A stretch of 64,000 nucleotides of DNA from assembly GCA_036377675.1 (NCBI GenBank), contig DASUXY010000026.1:5444-69443 (forward strand). The letters run 5' to 3'. Shown one piece after another: positions 1 to 9,603 of this stretch (its first letter is position 1; each line of letters begins with the position of its first letter). Origin of the DNA: Bacillota bacterium (GTDB taxonomy: Bacteria; Bacillota; Bacilli; Bacillales; Amphibacillaceae). The translations under genes were made by a program, and so were the position numbers. Under the pieces are notes generated by a model. The model made no database searches. It saw nothing but the letters and a program-made list of their open reading frames with translations, and had not been told where the DNA came from.

Positions 1-558
1 GGTCAAAAAGCCGATTTAATCTTCATGTTCTTACGGCCAACGATGGAAGAACTAAATGAACTTGAAACAGAATTAGGCAAATCAAAGTTCGCTGAATTTT
101 TAATTCCAGCACATTCCTACGTATCGATTATCGAGCTTGCCAAGTATCGAGATGCACAAGGCGGTGTAGATCCTGAAACATTACCTGAAACACAAGCACG
201 CTTGAAACCGATTCTTCCAAAGTGGGAGCACATTTGCTTTTACCCGATGAATCGACGTCGTGAAGGCGATGAGAACTGGTATACGTTAGAAAAGGATGTG
301 CGTGGAAAATTATTATATGATCATAGTTTAACCGGCCGTAAATATGCAGGAAAAGTAAAACAATTTATTACGGGCTCCATCGGCCTTGACGACTGGGAGT
401 GGGGTGTCACCTTATTTGCACATGATCCGTTACAATTTAAGAAGATTGTTTACGAAATGCGCTTTGATGAAGTCAGTTCCCGTTACGGCGAGTTCGGCGA
501 GTTCTTCGTCGGCAATTTGCTCAAAAAAGAAGATATCGCTCAATTTTTACACGTATAG
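1..558 (+). CDS. chdC: Coproheme decarboxylase HemQ/ChdC (chlorite-dismutase-like), C-terminal part; the 5' end lies upstream of the window
   Basis: Frame 1 is open from base 1 ([18 protein letters not shown]...). The tail ...[42 protein letters not shown] fits Firmicute HemQ as I recall it. A hairpin terminator follows. Confidence 0.8.
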   Translation, partial: GQKADLIFMFLRPTMEELNELETELGKSKFAEFLIPAHSYVSIIELAKYRDAQGGVDPETLPETQARLKPILPKWEHICFYPMNRRREGDENWYTLEKDVRGKLLYDHSLTGRKYAGKVKQFITGSIGLDDWEWGVTLFAHDPLQFKKIVYEMRFDEVSSRYGEFGEFFVGNLLKKEDIAQFLHV

Positions 559-616
559 CATAAGAACCATCCAATCTTAGCACATACTATTTTCACTCAT
601 TACATGATTGAATATT

Positions 617-649
617 GAAGAGCTTGGGCTGCGAACCAAGCTCTTTTTT
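617..649 (+). terminator. Rho-independent terminator after chdC
   Basis: GAAGAGCTTGG-loop-CCAAGCTCTT followed by TTTTTG. Confidence 0.75.
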
Positions 650-721
650 GTCCGTTTTTTTACTCGAACGGCCCCTCACACATATGGACGGTCGTCAATC
701 GAACAGTAAATAAATTTGATG

Positions 722-749
722 TCATATAACCTTTTTCAAGGCATACATT
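722..749 (+). promoter_or_regulatory. Sigma-E-type (mother-cell) promoter candidate for cwlJ-gerQ
   Basis: TCATATA-N13-CATACATT versus the recalled sigma-E consensus kmATAww-N13/14-CATACAmT. B. subtilis cwlJ is known to be sigma-E dependent. Confidence 0.45.
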
Positions 750-789
750 TAGTATCGTAGGTTTAGCTTACGGAAATGAGGTGTATGTG

Positions 790-1212
790 GTGGCGGTCGT
801 TCCATACACAGAGGAAGAAATTCGCTTACTTGCAAGGCTTATGCGTGCGGAAGCTGAAGGTGAAGGAAAACTAGGAATGTTAATGGTCGGTAATGTAGGA
901 ATCAATCGCGTTCGCGCAGATTGTCTCGATTTTACTGAAATACGAAATATTACGGATATGGTCTTCCAACGTCCAGGTGGATTCGAAGCGACGCAAAAAG
1001 GGTACTTTTACCAACGTGCTCGTCCAGTTGATATAGAACTGGCACGTCGTGTCATTAGGGGCGAACGGTTTCATCCGGCAACTTTTTCTTTATGGTTTTT
1101 CATGCCCGAGGGAAGCTGTCCCGCCCAATGGTTTGGCCAATGGAATACGGGCAGATATAAAGCACATTGTTTTTATACACCGTTACAATCAGAATGCCCA
1201 AGCGTCTTTTAA
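790..1212 (+). CDS. cwlJ: Spore cortex-lytic enzyme CwlJ (SleB/CwlJ hydrolase_2 family)
   Basis: MAVVPYTEEEIRLLARLMRAEAEGEGKLGMLMVGNVGINRVRADC... parallels B. subtilis CwlJ (MAVV...LMARLLRAEAEGEG...VGNVGINR). I moved the start to GTG 790, which sits 6 nt after GAGGTG; the ORF track starts at 781, inside the SD. Confidence 0.85.
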   Translation: MAVVPYTEEEIRLLARLMRAEAEGEGKLGMLMVGNVGINRVRADCLDFTEIRNITDMVFQRPGGFEATQKGYFYQRARPVDIELARRVIRGERFHPATFSLWFFMPEGSCPAQWFGQWNTGRYKAHCFYTPLQSECPSVF

Positions 1213-1314
1213 CGCTATCCATACAAACGAAACAATGATTGGCTCTCCTCTGTTTCAAATGCATTTCGGCGCCTTGAAGCCGATGATTAATCTATCATTT
1301 AGGAGGTTTTTAAA

Positions 1315-1749
1315 GTGAGTGAAAATCACGAGCAAATGAATGAACAGTACGGATTCCCACAACAACAGCCTTATTTCTATTATCCAGCATCTTCACCAGC
1401 CTATTATCCAGCCTACTATTCCTATGGTTCATATGATCAGCAACGGCAACAGCCTATTCCTGAGGGGGTAGGAATGCTTCCCCTTGAACAGTCGTACATT
1501 GAAAATATTTTACGTTTAAATCGCGGGAAACATGCTACCGTTTACATGACGATTGATGGGAATACAAAAGTATTTAAAGGAATTATTCGAGCTGCTGGAA
1601 GAGATCACATCATTCTCAGAGATCCCAATACAGAAAAACGATACTTATTATTGATGGTCTACCTCGATTACGTCGTATTTGATGAAGAAATTAATTACAC
1701 ATATCCAATCGATGCTACGGGACAAATGGCTAGTTATCCACCGAGATAA
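1315..1749 (+). CDS. gerQ: Spore coat protein GerQ (YwdL)
   Basis: Q/Y/P-rich N-terminus (QQQPYFYYPASSPAYYPAYYSYGSYDQQRQQP) followed by a conserved C-domain. It lies directly downstream of cwlJ. AGGAGG sits 8 nt before the GTG start. Confidence 0.8.
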   Translation: MSENHEQMNEQYGFPQQQPYFYYPASSPAYYPAYYSYGSYDQQRQQPIPEGVGMLPLEQSYIENILRLNRGKHATVYMTIDGNTKVFKGIIRAAGRDHIILRDPNTEKRYLLLMVYLDYVVFDEEINYTYPIDATGQMASYPPR

Positions 1750-1858
1750 TTTCCTAATCGCTTCATGGAAAAATAAGCCAAAAGAGATGGCTGAAGTGAA
1801 ACGTAGGCCATCCTTCTTATCGTTCATCAATGAAAAACATCTATTCATATGAATCGCC

Positions 1859-1897
1859 AAACAGTCAACTTCCCAAGGTCTGGGAAGATGGCTGTTT
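1859..1897 (+). terminator. Hairpin after gerQ (probable terminator, weak U-tract)
   Basis: AAACAGTCAACTTCCCA-aggtc-TGGGAAGATGGCTGTTT, a 17-bp stem with one mismatch. Confidence 0.5.
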
Positions 1898-1921
1898 ATT
1901 ACAATCGAGATTGGAGGAAAC

Positions 1922-2173
1922 ATGTGGCATCCTTATGAACGATTCATCCAAATCGAACTTTTATCCATTGGAATAGCGACCATCCTATGTATCTTTGCCG
2001 TTTTCCAAGGTTATTTCTTCATCCTCGCCCTAACCATGTATATGATTGTACTCAGTCTCATTTGTGATACAGTCATCAGTTTGTACACGTATCAAACAAC
2101 ACATGCTGGAAAACAGCTTCTACGTGCGCTCATCATTTTTTTGTTAACGACATATTTTTTGTTTAAACGGTAG
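1922..2173 (+). CDS. Small hypothetical membrane protein (about 3 TM segments)
   Basis: GGAGGAA precedes the ATG and the 83-aa translation is hydrophobic. I do not recognise a family. Confidence 0.5.
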   Translation: MWHPYERFIQIELLSIGIATILCIFAVFQGYFFILALTMYMIVLSLICDTVISLYTYQTTHAGKQLLRALIIFLLTTYFLFKR

Positions 2174-2187
2174 CCTCTTTAACATGT

Positions 2188-2556
2188 TCAAACGAACTTC
2201 ATAATCGCATAGCCGAGTATAACCCATCCGATTAAAAAGGTGACGCCACCAAACGGCGTAATCATTGCCAAACCTTTGATTCCTGTCGTCGAATAGAAGT
2301 ACAAACTTCCTGAAAAAAGCAAAATACCGATAAAAAATAGCCAACCCGCAACTGTCAACGTACCGCTTTGGAATTTAGAGCGAAGAACACCGACGACAAG
2401 TAGTGCCATCGTATGAAACATTTGATAGTTGACAGCTTTTTCCCATGTTTTCAATGATTGCTCAGATACTTTCCCTTCTAAACCATGTGCACCAAATGCA
2501 CCTAAGGCTACAGCCAAAAAACCATTCATCACACCAAGTATTAAAAATAACTTCAT
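2188..2556 (-). CDS. DUF423 family membrane protein (YwdK-like)
   Basis: MKLFLILGVMNGFLAVALGAFGAHGL... is the typical DUF423 N-terminus. I moved the start to ATG 2556 (AAAGAGGTG then 9 nt); the ORF-track start is the GTG inside the SD. Confidence 0.8.
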   Translation of the reverse strand: MKLFLILGVMNGFLAVALGAFGAHGLEGKVSEQSLKTWEKAVNYQMFHTMALLVVGVLRSKFQSGTLTVAGWLFFIGILLFSGSLYFYSTTGIKGLAMITPFGGVTFLIGWVILGYAIMKFV

Positions 2557-2577
2557 TTGTCGACACACCTCTTTTTA

Positions 2578-2847
2578 TTAAAAATCAAAAATAGACTCTC
2601 CATTGGCTTCATCATGATCGATTTGAACATCATTGTTAGAGAAACTTGTTGATGTCTGCTCGCTCACACGCCTTTCATCCTCTGATATTTTCACTTCAGC
2701 ACTAGAGTCATTTGTAACTAATAAATCACCTAACAATTGTAGATGACGGATATGCATGCTCATTTTTTCTCGCTGATGGACAGATCGTTTCGCCTGCTGT
2801 AATTCATGAAACATTTTTTGTAAAATTGTATCATATGAGACACCCAA
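2578..2847 (-). CDS. YwdI-like (DUF5327) small protein
   Basis: The 89-aa protein has a helical N-terminus and an acidic tail ending in GESIFDF. Its position next to the DUF423 gene matches B. subtilis gerQ-ywdK-ywdI. The family assignment is from memory. Confidence 0.55.
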   Translation of the reverse strand: MGVSYDTILQKMFHELQQAKRSVHQREKMSMHIRHLQLLGDLLVTNDSSAEVKISEDERRVSEQTSTSFSNNDVQIDHDEANGESIFDF

Positions 2848-3223
2848 TCATGGTCCCTCCTTTAGTAAACGCTTCGTTTTTAGTATATCACTTTTCACTC
2901 TTTTTTTAATGATTTATGTATGGAGGTCATCATTCTTCCACCCATTTTAACGACTGGACAATCGAAGTCATATAAACATAAAAAAAGCCTTGAATACATT
3001 TCAAGACATTTTAAACGAGCACGGCACCTTATAACATGACACGTAAAAAAAGTTTTTCACATCTCTTCGTATATACAGGGAGTGAGATCATTGCTTTAAC
3101 AAATGAACACCGACATGTCGGCTGGTCCGGCGAATTTCAAGCACACTTGAAATATACGATTGTACAATCTGTCGTTTAACGCCATGAATACGACGATCGC
3201 TCACCATGTTATACAGACACGGT

Positions 3224-3355
3224 TTATAGTTGGATTTCCTCCTTTTCTTCAACATAGCGTTCAAAAACCCATTGCAAAAACTCCAGCTCCTTTTTCTCAA
3301 GCTTACGACCAAGCTTTTCCTCCGCATCGTGACACATTTGCAAAAAGTCTTTCAT
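3224..3355 (-). CDS. Candidate 43-aa small protein (below the ORF-track cutoff)
   Basis: GGGGGGAAT is followed 5 nt later by ATG. The translation is MKDFLQMCHDAEEKLGRKLEKKELEFLQWVFERYVEEKEEIQL, helical and charged with no low-complexity stretch. The competing 79-aa ORF 3088..3327 is extremely basic and has no SD. Confidence 0.3.
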   Translation of the reverse strand: MKDFLQMCHDAEEKLGRKLEKKELEFLQWVFERYVEEKEEIQL

Positions 3356-3639
3356 CCGCTATTCCCCCCAACGGAATTACTATACTTACATGATAGTATA
3401 GCTCTCTTTTAGAGAGAATTCAATGAATCTTTTTAAAATTTATAAAATATGCTGAAAATGTCCTATGCAAAAATAGGCATATTAGCCTACTGATTTCATG
3501 GTTCATTTTGGAAAATGATTGTTCCTGTTTGATGTTTTCTTAAAAAAAGAATAAAATAGACGTTGTACTTAAATGTATAATCATACATTTATTTATATAA
3601 TTTATACAATATAGGACAAAAAATGAAGGAGGGACAGCA

Positions 3640-4989
3640 ATGAATAACAACTCTTATACGCGAAGCGATCATTTGAAATTTATCATTCCATCGTTTATCG
3701 GTATTATTCTATTTATGTTACCTGTAAAGACGGCTGACGGATTTACAATTACAATTGCTATTTTTGCCGATTGGATACAAGCGATTTTAGCCGATCATTT
3801 ATCGCTCATCATGATGGTGATTATTATCATAAGCGCGGTCATGACCGTTGTAGGTAAAATGTCCGATGGTCGTTTGTTCAACACGATACCGTTTTTTGAA
3901 AAACTATTCTATGTGAGTCCCTTTTGGGCCATTGTGCGAATAATCGCGGCTATTTTTGCCGTAATGGTTTATTTCGAGCTTGGACCAGAGGCCATTTATA
4001 GTGATGATACAGGAAAGCTACTGTTAGACGATTTATTACACGTCTTGTTTTCCGTTTTTTTATTTGCTGGTCTATTTTTACCATTATTAATGAACTTTGG
4101 GTTACTTGAACTGTTTGGAACGTTAATGACAAAAATAATGCGCCCACTCTTCAAGCTTCCAGGCCGTTCATCCATCGATGCGTTAACATCATGGATCGGG
4201 GATGGAACGATTGGAGTACTACTGACAAGTAAGCAGTATGAAAGTGGTTATTATACGAAGCGAGAAGCAATCGTGATCGGTACAACATTTTCTATTGTGT
4301 CCATCACATTTACGTTAGTCATCATTAAAGAAGTCGGTTTAGGACATATGTTTGTGCCTTTCTACTTAACTGTAATCATCGCTGGATTTGTGGCTGCACT
4401 CATCATGCCACGGATTCCTCCACTCTCACGTAAAGAAGACGTTTATATTGATGGGGCGACTGAAAAAGTCGATGAATCAATCCCTAAAGGTTATACCAGT
4501 CTTTCGTACGGCTATAAAAAGGCTTTAGACCGCGCAAAACAAGAAACAAAGATTGGAAAGTTTTTTAAAGAAGGAGTACAAAACGTCCTTGATATGTGGT
4601 TAGGCGTCGCCCCAGTCGTGATGACATTCGGTTTGATCGCCTTAATCATTGCCGAATATACACCCATTTTCCAATGGCTCGGGTTGCCTTTTGTACCACT
4701 CCTTGAACTGATGCAAGTCCCTTATGCCCAAGAAGCTTCAGAGACGATTTTAATTGGATTTGCTGACATGTTCTTGCCGGCAGTCATCGGCGCGTCGATT
4801 GAAGCCGAAATCACTCGATTTATCATAGCAACTTTATCGGTTACACAACTGATTTACATGTCAGAAGTTGGTGGACTGTTGTTAGGGTCAAAAGTTCCTG
4901 TTTCCTTTAAGGACTTATTTATCATCTTCCTCTTACGGACAATGATTACGCTACCGATTATCGTTCTAATTGCTCACATTATTTTTTAA
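3640..4989 (+). CDS. YjiH-family / nucleoside-recognition (Gate) domain membrane protein
   Basis: The protein is 449 aa and polytopic. The N-terminus ...HLKFIIPSFIGIILFMLPV... and the WIGDGTIGVLL motif are typical of the YjiH family. GAAGGAGGGA precedes the ATG. Confidence 0.7.
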   Translation: MNNNSYTRSDHLKFIIPSFIGIILFMLPVKTADGFTITIAIFADWIQAILADHLSLIMMVIIIISAVMTVVGKMSDGRLFNTIPFFEKLFYVSPFWAIVRIIAAIFAVMVYFELGPEAIYSDDTGKLLLDDLLHVLFSVFLFAGLFLPLLMNFGLLELFGTLMTKIMRPLFKLPGRSSIDALTSWIGDGTIGVLLTSKQYESGYYTKREAIVIGTTFSIVSITFTLVIIKEVGLGHMFVPFYLTVIIAGFVAALIMPRIPPLSRKEDVYIDGATEKVDESIPKGYTSLSYGYKKALDRAKQETKIGKFFKEGVQNVLDMWLGVAPVVMTFGLIALIIAEYTPIFQWLGLPFVPLLELMQVPYAQEASETILIGFADMFLPAVIGASIEAEITRFIIATLSVTQLIYMSEVGGLLLGSKVPVSFKDLFIIFLLRTMITLPIIVLIAHIIF

Positions 4990-5018
4990 TTCGTCTCGAT
5001 AGACATATAGACCTATGT

Positions 5019-5061
5019 AAAAAAACAAGTGCGTCATTAAAGACAGCAACTTGTTTTTTTA
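5019..5061. terminator. Bidirectional terminator-like hairpin between convergent genes
   Basis: AAAAAAACAAGT...ACTTGTTTTTTT, a short stem flanked by an A-run and a T-run. Confidence 0.5.
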
Positions 5062-5162
5062 CGAAATATATAAACAAAAAAAGGGGGGTATTGTAATATA
5101 CGAATGAGCTGACAAAAATGTTTCATATTTTTGTAAAATCCTTCAAAACGCTTAGATTTTGC

Positions 5163-6170
5163 CTATTTTGCTTGCTCTCTCCTACATACGTTTCGCAGCA
5201 TCGACGTACTTCCTTCAACGAATGGTTGCCATATTCCTAAGACAGGCTTGCTCGATAAGAGAAGGACAATAAGAGCAGACAGCGCACCCAATCCAAATAG
5301 ATCAAAAATATGATCCACTGCAAACAGATTTGTTTCTCTGAAGTATTGAATAAAAAACCCGTGTAACAAATAAACGTATAATGTTCGCGAACCGAGTATT
5401 GTCAATCGGCCTCTTGCAGTTGGAACCCATGCGAGTATACTCATCGCCATTAATGTTGATGTTACATAAACAAGTAATCGAGCTAAACCGCCATATTCTT
5501 CTAAGCCTAACGTTCCGTAAGACTTCGATGCAAGTAGCCAACCCGAATTGAAATCAGGAGCTACATAGATCCCGATGGCGACAACTACCATAATAATGAG
5601 AGCAGTTACCTTCATCGTTTTCTTCTTCAACAGCATCACATGATCTTTCTTTAGCCAATAACCAAGCAAAAAGAATGGAAAAAAAACAAATGTTCTTGAC
5701 AAACTAAATGTATGACCAATTTCATCAAAGTAGCCGACAATTAATCCTATTAGAATGGCAATCGTTACCCCAATGACTGGAGGGATTTTTTTAAACCAAT
5801 AAAGGAGCATATGCCAACAAAATAAGCTAAACAAAAACCATAAAGACCAATGCGGATAAAAAATTCCCGCTTGCCAATCGGATTTTCCAATGAAAAAATA
5901 ATAGATTGTATATATACTTTGAAAAATGAGGTATGGAAGTAATAGTTTCTTAGCGAGATTCATGATGTATTGTTTATTTCCTGAACCTTTAGCAAAAAAA
6001 CCAGATAAAAAGATAAAAGCTGGCATGTGAAAGGTATATATCCACATATATAATGTGTCGATTCCACTTGATTCGCCCGTGAAAGGTTGAATCATATGGC
6101 CAAAGACGACTAAAAAAATCAATAAAACTTTAGCATTATCAAAATAAGCATTCCGTTCCACGTCACTCAT
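5163..6170 (-). CDS. Acyltransferase family 3 membrane protein
   Basis: The opening ...NAKVLLIFLVVFGHMIQPF...FHMPAFIFLSGFFAK... is the acyltransferase_3 signature, and the protein has about 10 TM segments. The start is uncertain: ATG 6170 has no spacer after AAAGGA, and GTG 6161 is an alternative. Confidence 0.8.
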   Translation of the reverse strand: MSDVERNAYFDNAKVLLIFLVVFGHMIQPFTGESSGIDTLYMWIYTFHMPAFIFLSGFFAKGSGNKQYIMNLAKKLLLPYLIFQSIYTIYYFFIGKSDWQAGIFYPHWSLWFLFSLFCWHMLLYWFKKIPPVIGVTIAILIGLIVGYFDEIGHTFSLSRTFVFFPFFLLGYWLKKDHVMLLKKKTMKVTALIIMVVVAIGIYVAPDFNSGWLLASKSYGTLGLEEYGGLARLLVYVTSTLMAMSILAWVPTARGRLTILGSRTLYVYLLHGFFIQYFRETNLFAVDHIFDLFGLGALSALIVLLLSSKPVLGIWQPFVEGSTSMLRNVCRREQAK

Positions 6171-6510
6171 CCTTTGTTAATCTATGATTAGCTATCGAAA
6201 GATTCTTTTTGACATGGTTTCGCTAAAAAGTTAAGATACTCTATATTCATCTTATCTGTTTATCGATCGAACTTCATGGATTTTGCAGTAATTTCACATG
6301 GTTGTTAGTCCTTTGTTAATGAATTGACAAATTGAAAAGAAATTGTAAACTTTATGAAAATGAAAAGTGTGACGTGACGTGGAAGCGACATGTGCGCTAA
6401 GCTAAAGACTCACAGAGCGAATCCTTTTTCTAGTGTGAAAAAGAAGCAATCGTGTCGGTACGAAGTATCTGTTTCATTAAATTACGGATTGTTCTCGGGA
6501 TGAGTGCAAG

Positions 6511-7329
6511 TTACTGGACAACTTTTTTTCTTTTAGAAGGCGCTTTTTGTTTATCTTCCGTTGCACGCTTCAGCGATAATTCCAACGCATCCATTAAATT
6601 CGTCACATTATCGGGTGTCGTTTTTTCTTTAGCAGTAACTGTTTCACGTTCCCCTTGTTTCTCTTCAATCAAGTCAATAAGTGCTGTTCGATATTCATCA
6701 ACATATTTTTCAGGGTCAAACGTAGTCGTTAATTGATTGATTAACAATTTCGCTGTCTCTAACTCCTTCTCACTCACCTCTACCTGTTCTGGAATGTTCG
6801 GTACATCCATCACTTGACGAACTTCATCTGGATAGTGTATCGTCTCTACAACAATCGTCTCTTCATACACACGGATCACAGCCATTCGTTCCTTCGAGCG
6901 AATCATCATTTTCGCAACGCCTATTTTCCCCGTATCTTGCAAAGCTGCTCGTAGTAAGCCATACGCTTTTTTTCCGCCTTCATTTGGCGATAAAAAATAA
7001 CTTTTATCAAAATAAATCGGATCAATTTCCTCTAAGCTCACGAAATCAATAATTTCCACAGCTTTATCGACGGTCTCTTTTTTTAACGCTTGTAATTCGT
7101 CGTCTTCCAAAACAACGAATTTATTTTTGGCATATTCATACGCTTTCACTATTTCATCATTCGTCACTTCACGCTCACATACGGGACAAACTTTTTCATA
7201 TTTTATCGGTGACTGACATTCTTTATGGAGCTGCCGAAGCTGAATATCTTTATTTTCTGTTGCGGCATGCATTTTTACTGGAATATTAACTAATCCAAAA
7301 CTAATCGTCCCTTTCCACATCGTGTGCAT
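6511..7329 (-). CDS. ku: Non-homologous end-joining protein Ku (YkoV)
   Basis: MHTMWKGTISFGLVNIPVKMHAATE... is the canonical bacterial Ku N-terminus, and the tail is basic (KRKKVVQ). The start is set at ATG 7329, 7 nt after AAAGGAGG; the ORF-track extension to 7449 has no SD. Confidence 0.9.
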   Translation of the reverse strand: MHTMWKGTISFGLVNIPVKMHAATENKDIQLRQLHKECQSPIKYEKVCPVCEREVTNDEIVKAYEYAKNKFVVLEDDELQALKKETVDKAVEIIDFVSLEEIDPIYFDKSYFLSPNEGGKKAYGLLRAALQDTGKIGVAKMMIRSKERMAVIRVYEETIVVETIHYPDEVRQVMDVPNIPEQVEVSEKELETAKLLINQLTTTFDPEKYVDEYRTALIDLIEEKQGERETVTAKEKTTPDNVTNLMDALELSLKRATEDKQKAPSKRKKVVQ

Positions 7330-7681
7330 ATAAAAAACCTCCTTTGTAAATAGTTTGTCGACTTCTCCTTTGTTTATCCGTATCATTTCATTTTTTTGAC
7401 TCGCGATGTCCATCCAAGTTTTTTGTACCACATATGTGACATGGGTCATCAGTGCATTTGGGTAACGTCAAAATGGATGTATTTAAAATATAAGGAGAAC
7501 CTAATCGTATGAGAAAATGGTTCTGCTACAAACGACATCATCTGATTTGTCAATAGCAAGAAGGCGATATGTATTTAGATCACAAACGATTTTAGTGCAA
7601 TCTTTAAAAAACATGTGGATTACACCTACTCAGTATAAACAAACTGTCGAAACTTATTTTTATAAAAGGAGGGTTTATGCG

Positions 7682-9493
7682 ATGGAGCTCATGAAGCCTA
7701 TTGCTCGGACAGAAATCCCTGTCGGCAAAGATTGGGTATATGAAGTGAAATATGACGGATTTCGCTGTCTACTCCTTTGGACAAGTGACGATGTTCAACT
7801 TAAAAGTAGAAATCAAAATGATTTAACGAACAAATTTCCGGAAATTATCCGTTTTTGCAAACAAAAACAACCGTTCGTTGAATCACTTTTACCAGTCATC
7901 CTTGACGGAGAATTAGTTGTGTTAAATAACGAGTTTCAAGCGAATTTTTCTTGGATGCAAACACGGGGACGATTAAGCAACGAAACGTCCATTCATCAAG
8001 CGGCAACTACCCGACCGAGTACTTTTTTAAGTTTTGATTTTTTACAACTTCAAGGGGTGGACGTTGGGGAAATGAGCTATATGGAGCGAAAAAAAACACT
8101 CCATACGTTCATTTCTCACCTTCGTGAAGAACGACGCTCGCTGAATCGGATTGAATACGTTGACACGTTTGCTTGTCCAGACGATATTCAATTCTTACTA
8201 TTTAACCATAAAGGAGAAGGGATCATCGCGAAGCGGAAAAAGAGCGTCTATCAACCCGGGACAAAACATCACGATTGGTTCAAAATTAAAAATTGGCGCA
8301 CATTGTACGGATTTCTAACGGCTTACAATCACGACAATGACTATTTCACAGTGAGCATTTTCAAAAACGGAATGACTACAAAGATTGGAACGTGCAAACA
8401 CGGGACAAGCACCCATGTGCTCCAAACGATGAAAGATTTCTTTATGGAAAAAGGTTCGAAGCGAGAACATCTCTATACCCTTCCTCCGGCGATCTGCACT
8501 ACGATTCAGTCGCTTGATTTTCATAACGGCGAACTACGTGAACCACAATTTAAAGACATTGCGATTCCTTTATCACCTAAGGCATGCACCTATGAAAAGA
8601 TGCAACTCGACATGGCGATGCTTCCAAAAAACGTTGACATTACAAATACGGACAAAGTTTTTTGGCCTGATGTCCCTGTGACAAAAGGCGAATTACTCGT
8701 CTATATGCGCGAAATATCGCCCTATATGTTACCGTTTTTAAAAAATCGTCTACTGACGATGATTCGCTGTCCAGATGGTGTGACGAAGGAAAGTTTTTAC
8801 CAAAAGCACCTTCCGTCGTATGCCCCTTCTTATGTTAAAGGCGTCCAATTCGAAGAAGAAACATTCATCTGCTGTGATCGACTCGATGCATTACTTTGGT
8901 TAGCCAATCACGGAGCGGTAGAATATCATATCCCTTTTCAAACGATTCATCATGATGACCCGGTGGAAATCGTTTTTGATCTTGACCCGCCCCATAGAGA
9001 TCAATTCGATTTAGCGATTGAGGCGGCTCGACTCATCAAACAGCTACTCGATGACTTACAACTTACTTCGTTTGTGAAGACATCCGGAAACAAAGGATTG
9101 CAAGTGTATATTCCCCTTCCCGAACGCCAGATGACGTATGACGAGACAGCACTTTTTACAAAAGCGATTGCCAAAACAATTGAACAAGCCTACCCACAAT
9201 TCTTTACAACGGAACGATTTAAAGAAAAAAGAAAAGGCCGTCTCTACATTGACTACGTCCAACATGGAAAACATAAAACAATAGTCGCACCATATTCTCC
9301 TCGGAAAACAGCAGAAGCCTCCATCGCTACACCACTCTATTGGGAAGAAGTGAAAGAAGGGTTACGTCCCGAACAATTCACCCTTCCCGATATGCTCGAC
9401 CGAGTCCAAACGAACGGCTGTCCATTTAACACTTATTTTGAAGCCGGAAAGCACCAACATATCGTTCCGTTAAAAAAATTAATTACCCCATAA
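7682..9493 (+). CDS. ligD: ATP-dependent DNA ligase LigD (ligase + polymerase/primase domains; YkoU-like)
   Basis: Ligase motif I lies in WVYEVKYDGFRCLL. The C-terminal LigD-Pol motifs are VFWPD..., VFDLDPP, TSGNKGLQVYIPL and YIDYVQHGKHKTIVAPYSPR. The start is set at ATG 7682, 9 nt after GGAGG. Confidence 0.9.
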   Translation: MELMKPIARTEIPVGKDWVYEVKYDGFRCLLLWTSDDVQLKSRNQNDLTNKFPEIIRFCKQKQPFVESLLPVILDGELVVLNNEFQANFSWMQTRGRLSNETSIHQAATTRPSTFLSFDFLQLQGVDVGEMSYMERKKTLHTFISHLREERRSLNRIEYVDTFACPDDIQFLLFNHKGEGIIAKRKKSVYQPGTKHHDWFKIKNWRTLYGFLTAYNHDNDYFTVSIFKNGMTTKIGTCKHGTSTHVLQTMKDFFMEKGSKREHLYTLPPAICTTIQSLDFHNGELREPQFKDIAIPLSPKACTYEKMQLDMAMLPKNVDITNTDKVFWPDVPVTKGELLVYMREISPYMLPFLKNRLLTMIRCPDGVTKESFYQKHLPSYAPSYVKGVQFEEETFICCDRLDALLWLANHGAVEYHIPFQTIHHDDPVEIVFDLDPPHRDQFDLAIEAARLIKQLLDDLQLTSFVKTSGNKGLQVYIPLPERQMTYDETALFTKAIAKTIEQAYPQFFTTERFKEKRKGRLYIDYVQHGKHKTIVAPYSPRKTAEASIATPLYWEEVKEGLRPEQFTLPDMLDRVQTNGCPFNTYFEAGKHQHIVPLKKLITP

Positions 9494-9496
9494 ATA

Positions 9497-9529
9497 AAAG
9501 GCTACACACAACTTGTGAATAGCCTTTTT
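9497..9529 (+). terminator. Terminator after ligD
   Basis: AAAGGCTA-loop-TAGCCTTTTT. Confidence 0.6.
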
Positions 9530-9603
9530 AATCGAATGCTCATCAAATGAATGTTCTAGATGTTTGTTTTCTTATTTTCCTCTTTTTCACTAGCATTGTA
9601 ACG

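Noticed and set aside
6170-6320. A 12-nt direct repeat TCCTTTGTTAAT at 6170-6181 and 6309-6320.
   Set aside because: It is a single short repeat in AT-rich intergenic DNA with no flanking inverted repeats or associated genes, which is compatible with chance.
7351-7379. GGATA-N17-CAAACTA on the minus strand, as a sigma-G/F-like promoter for ku.
   Set aside because: The -10 ends only about 22 nt before the ATG, so the predicted transcript start would fall inside the SD. The -35 also deviates from GHATR.
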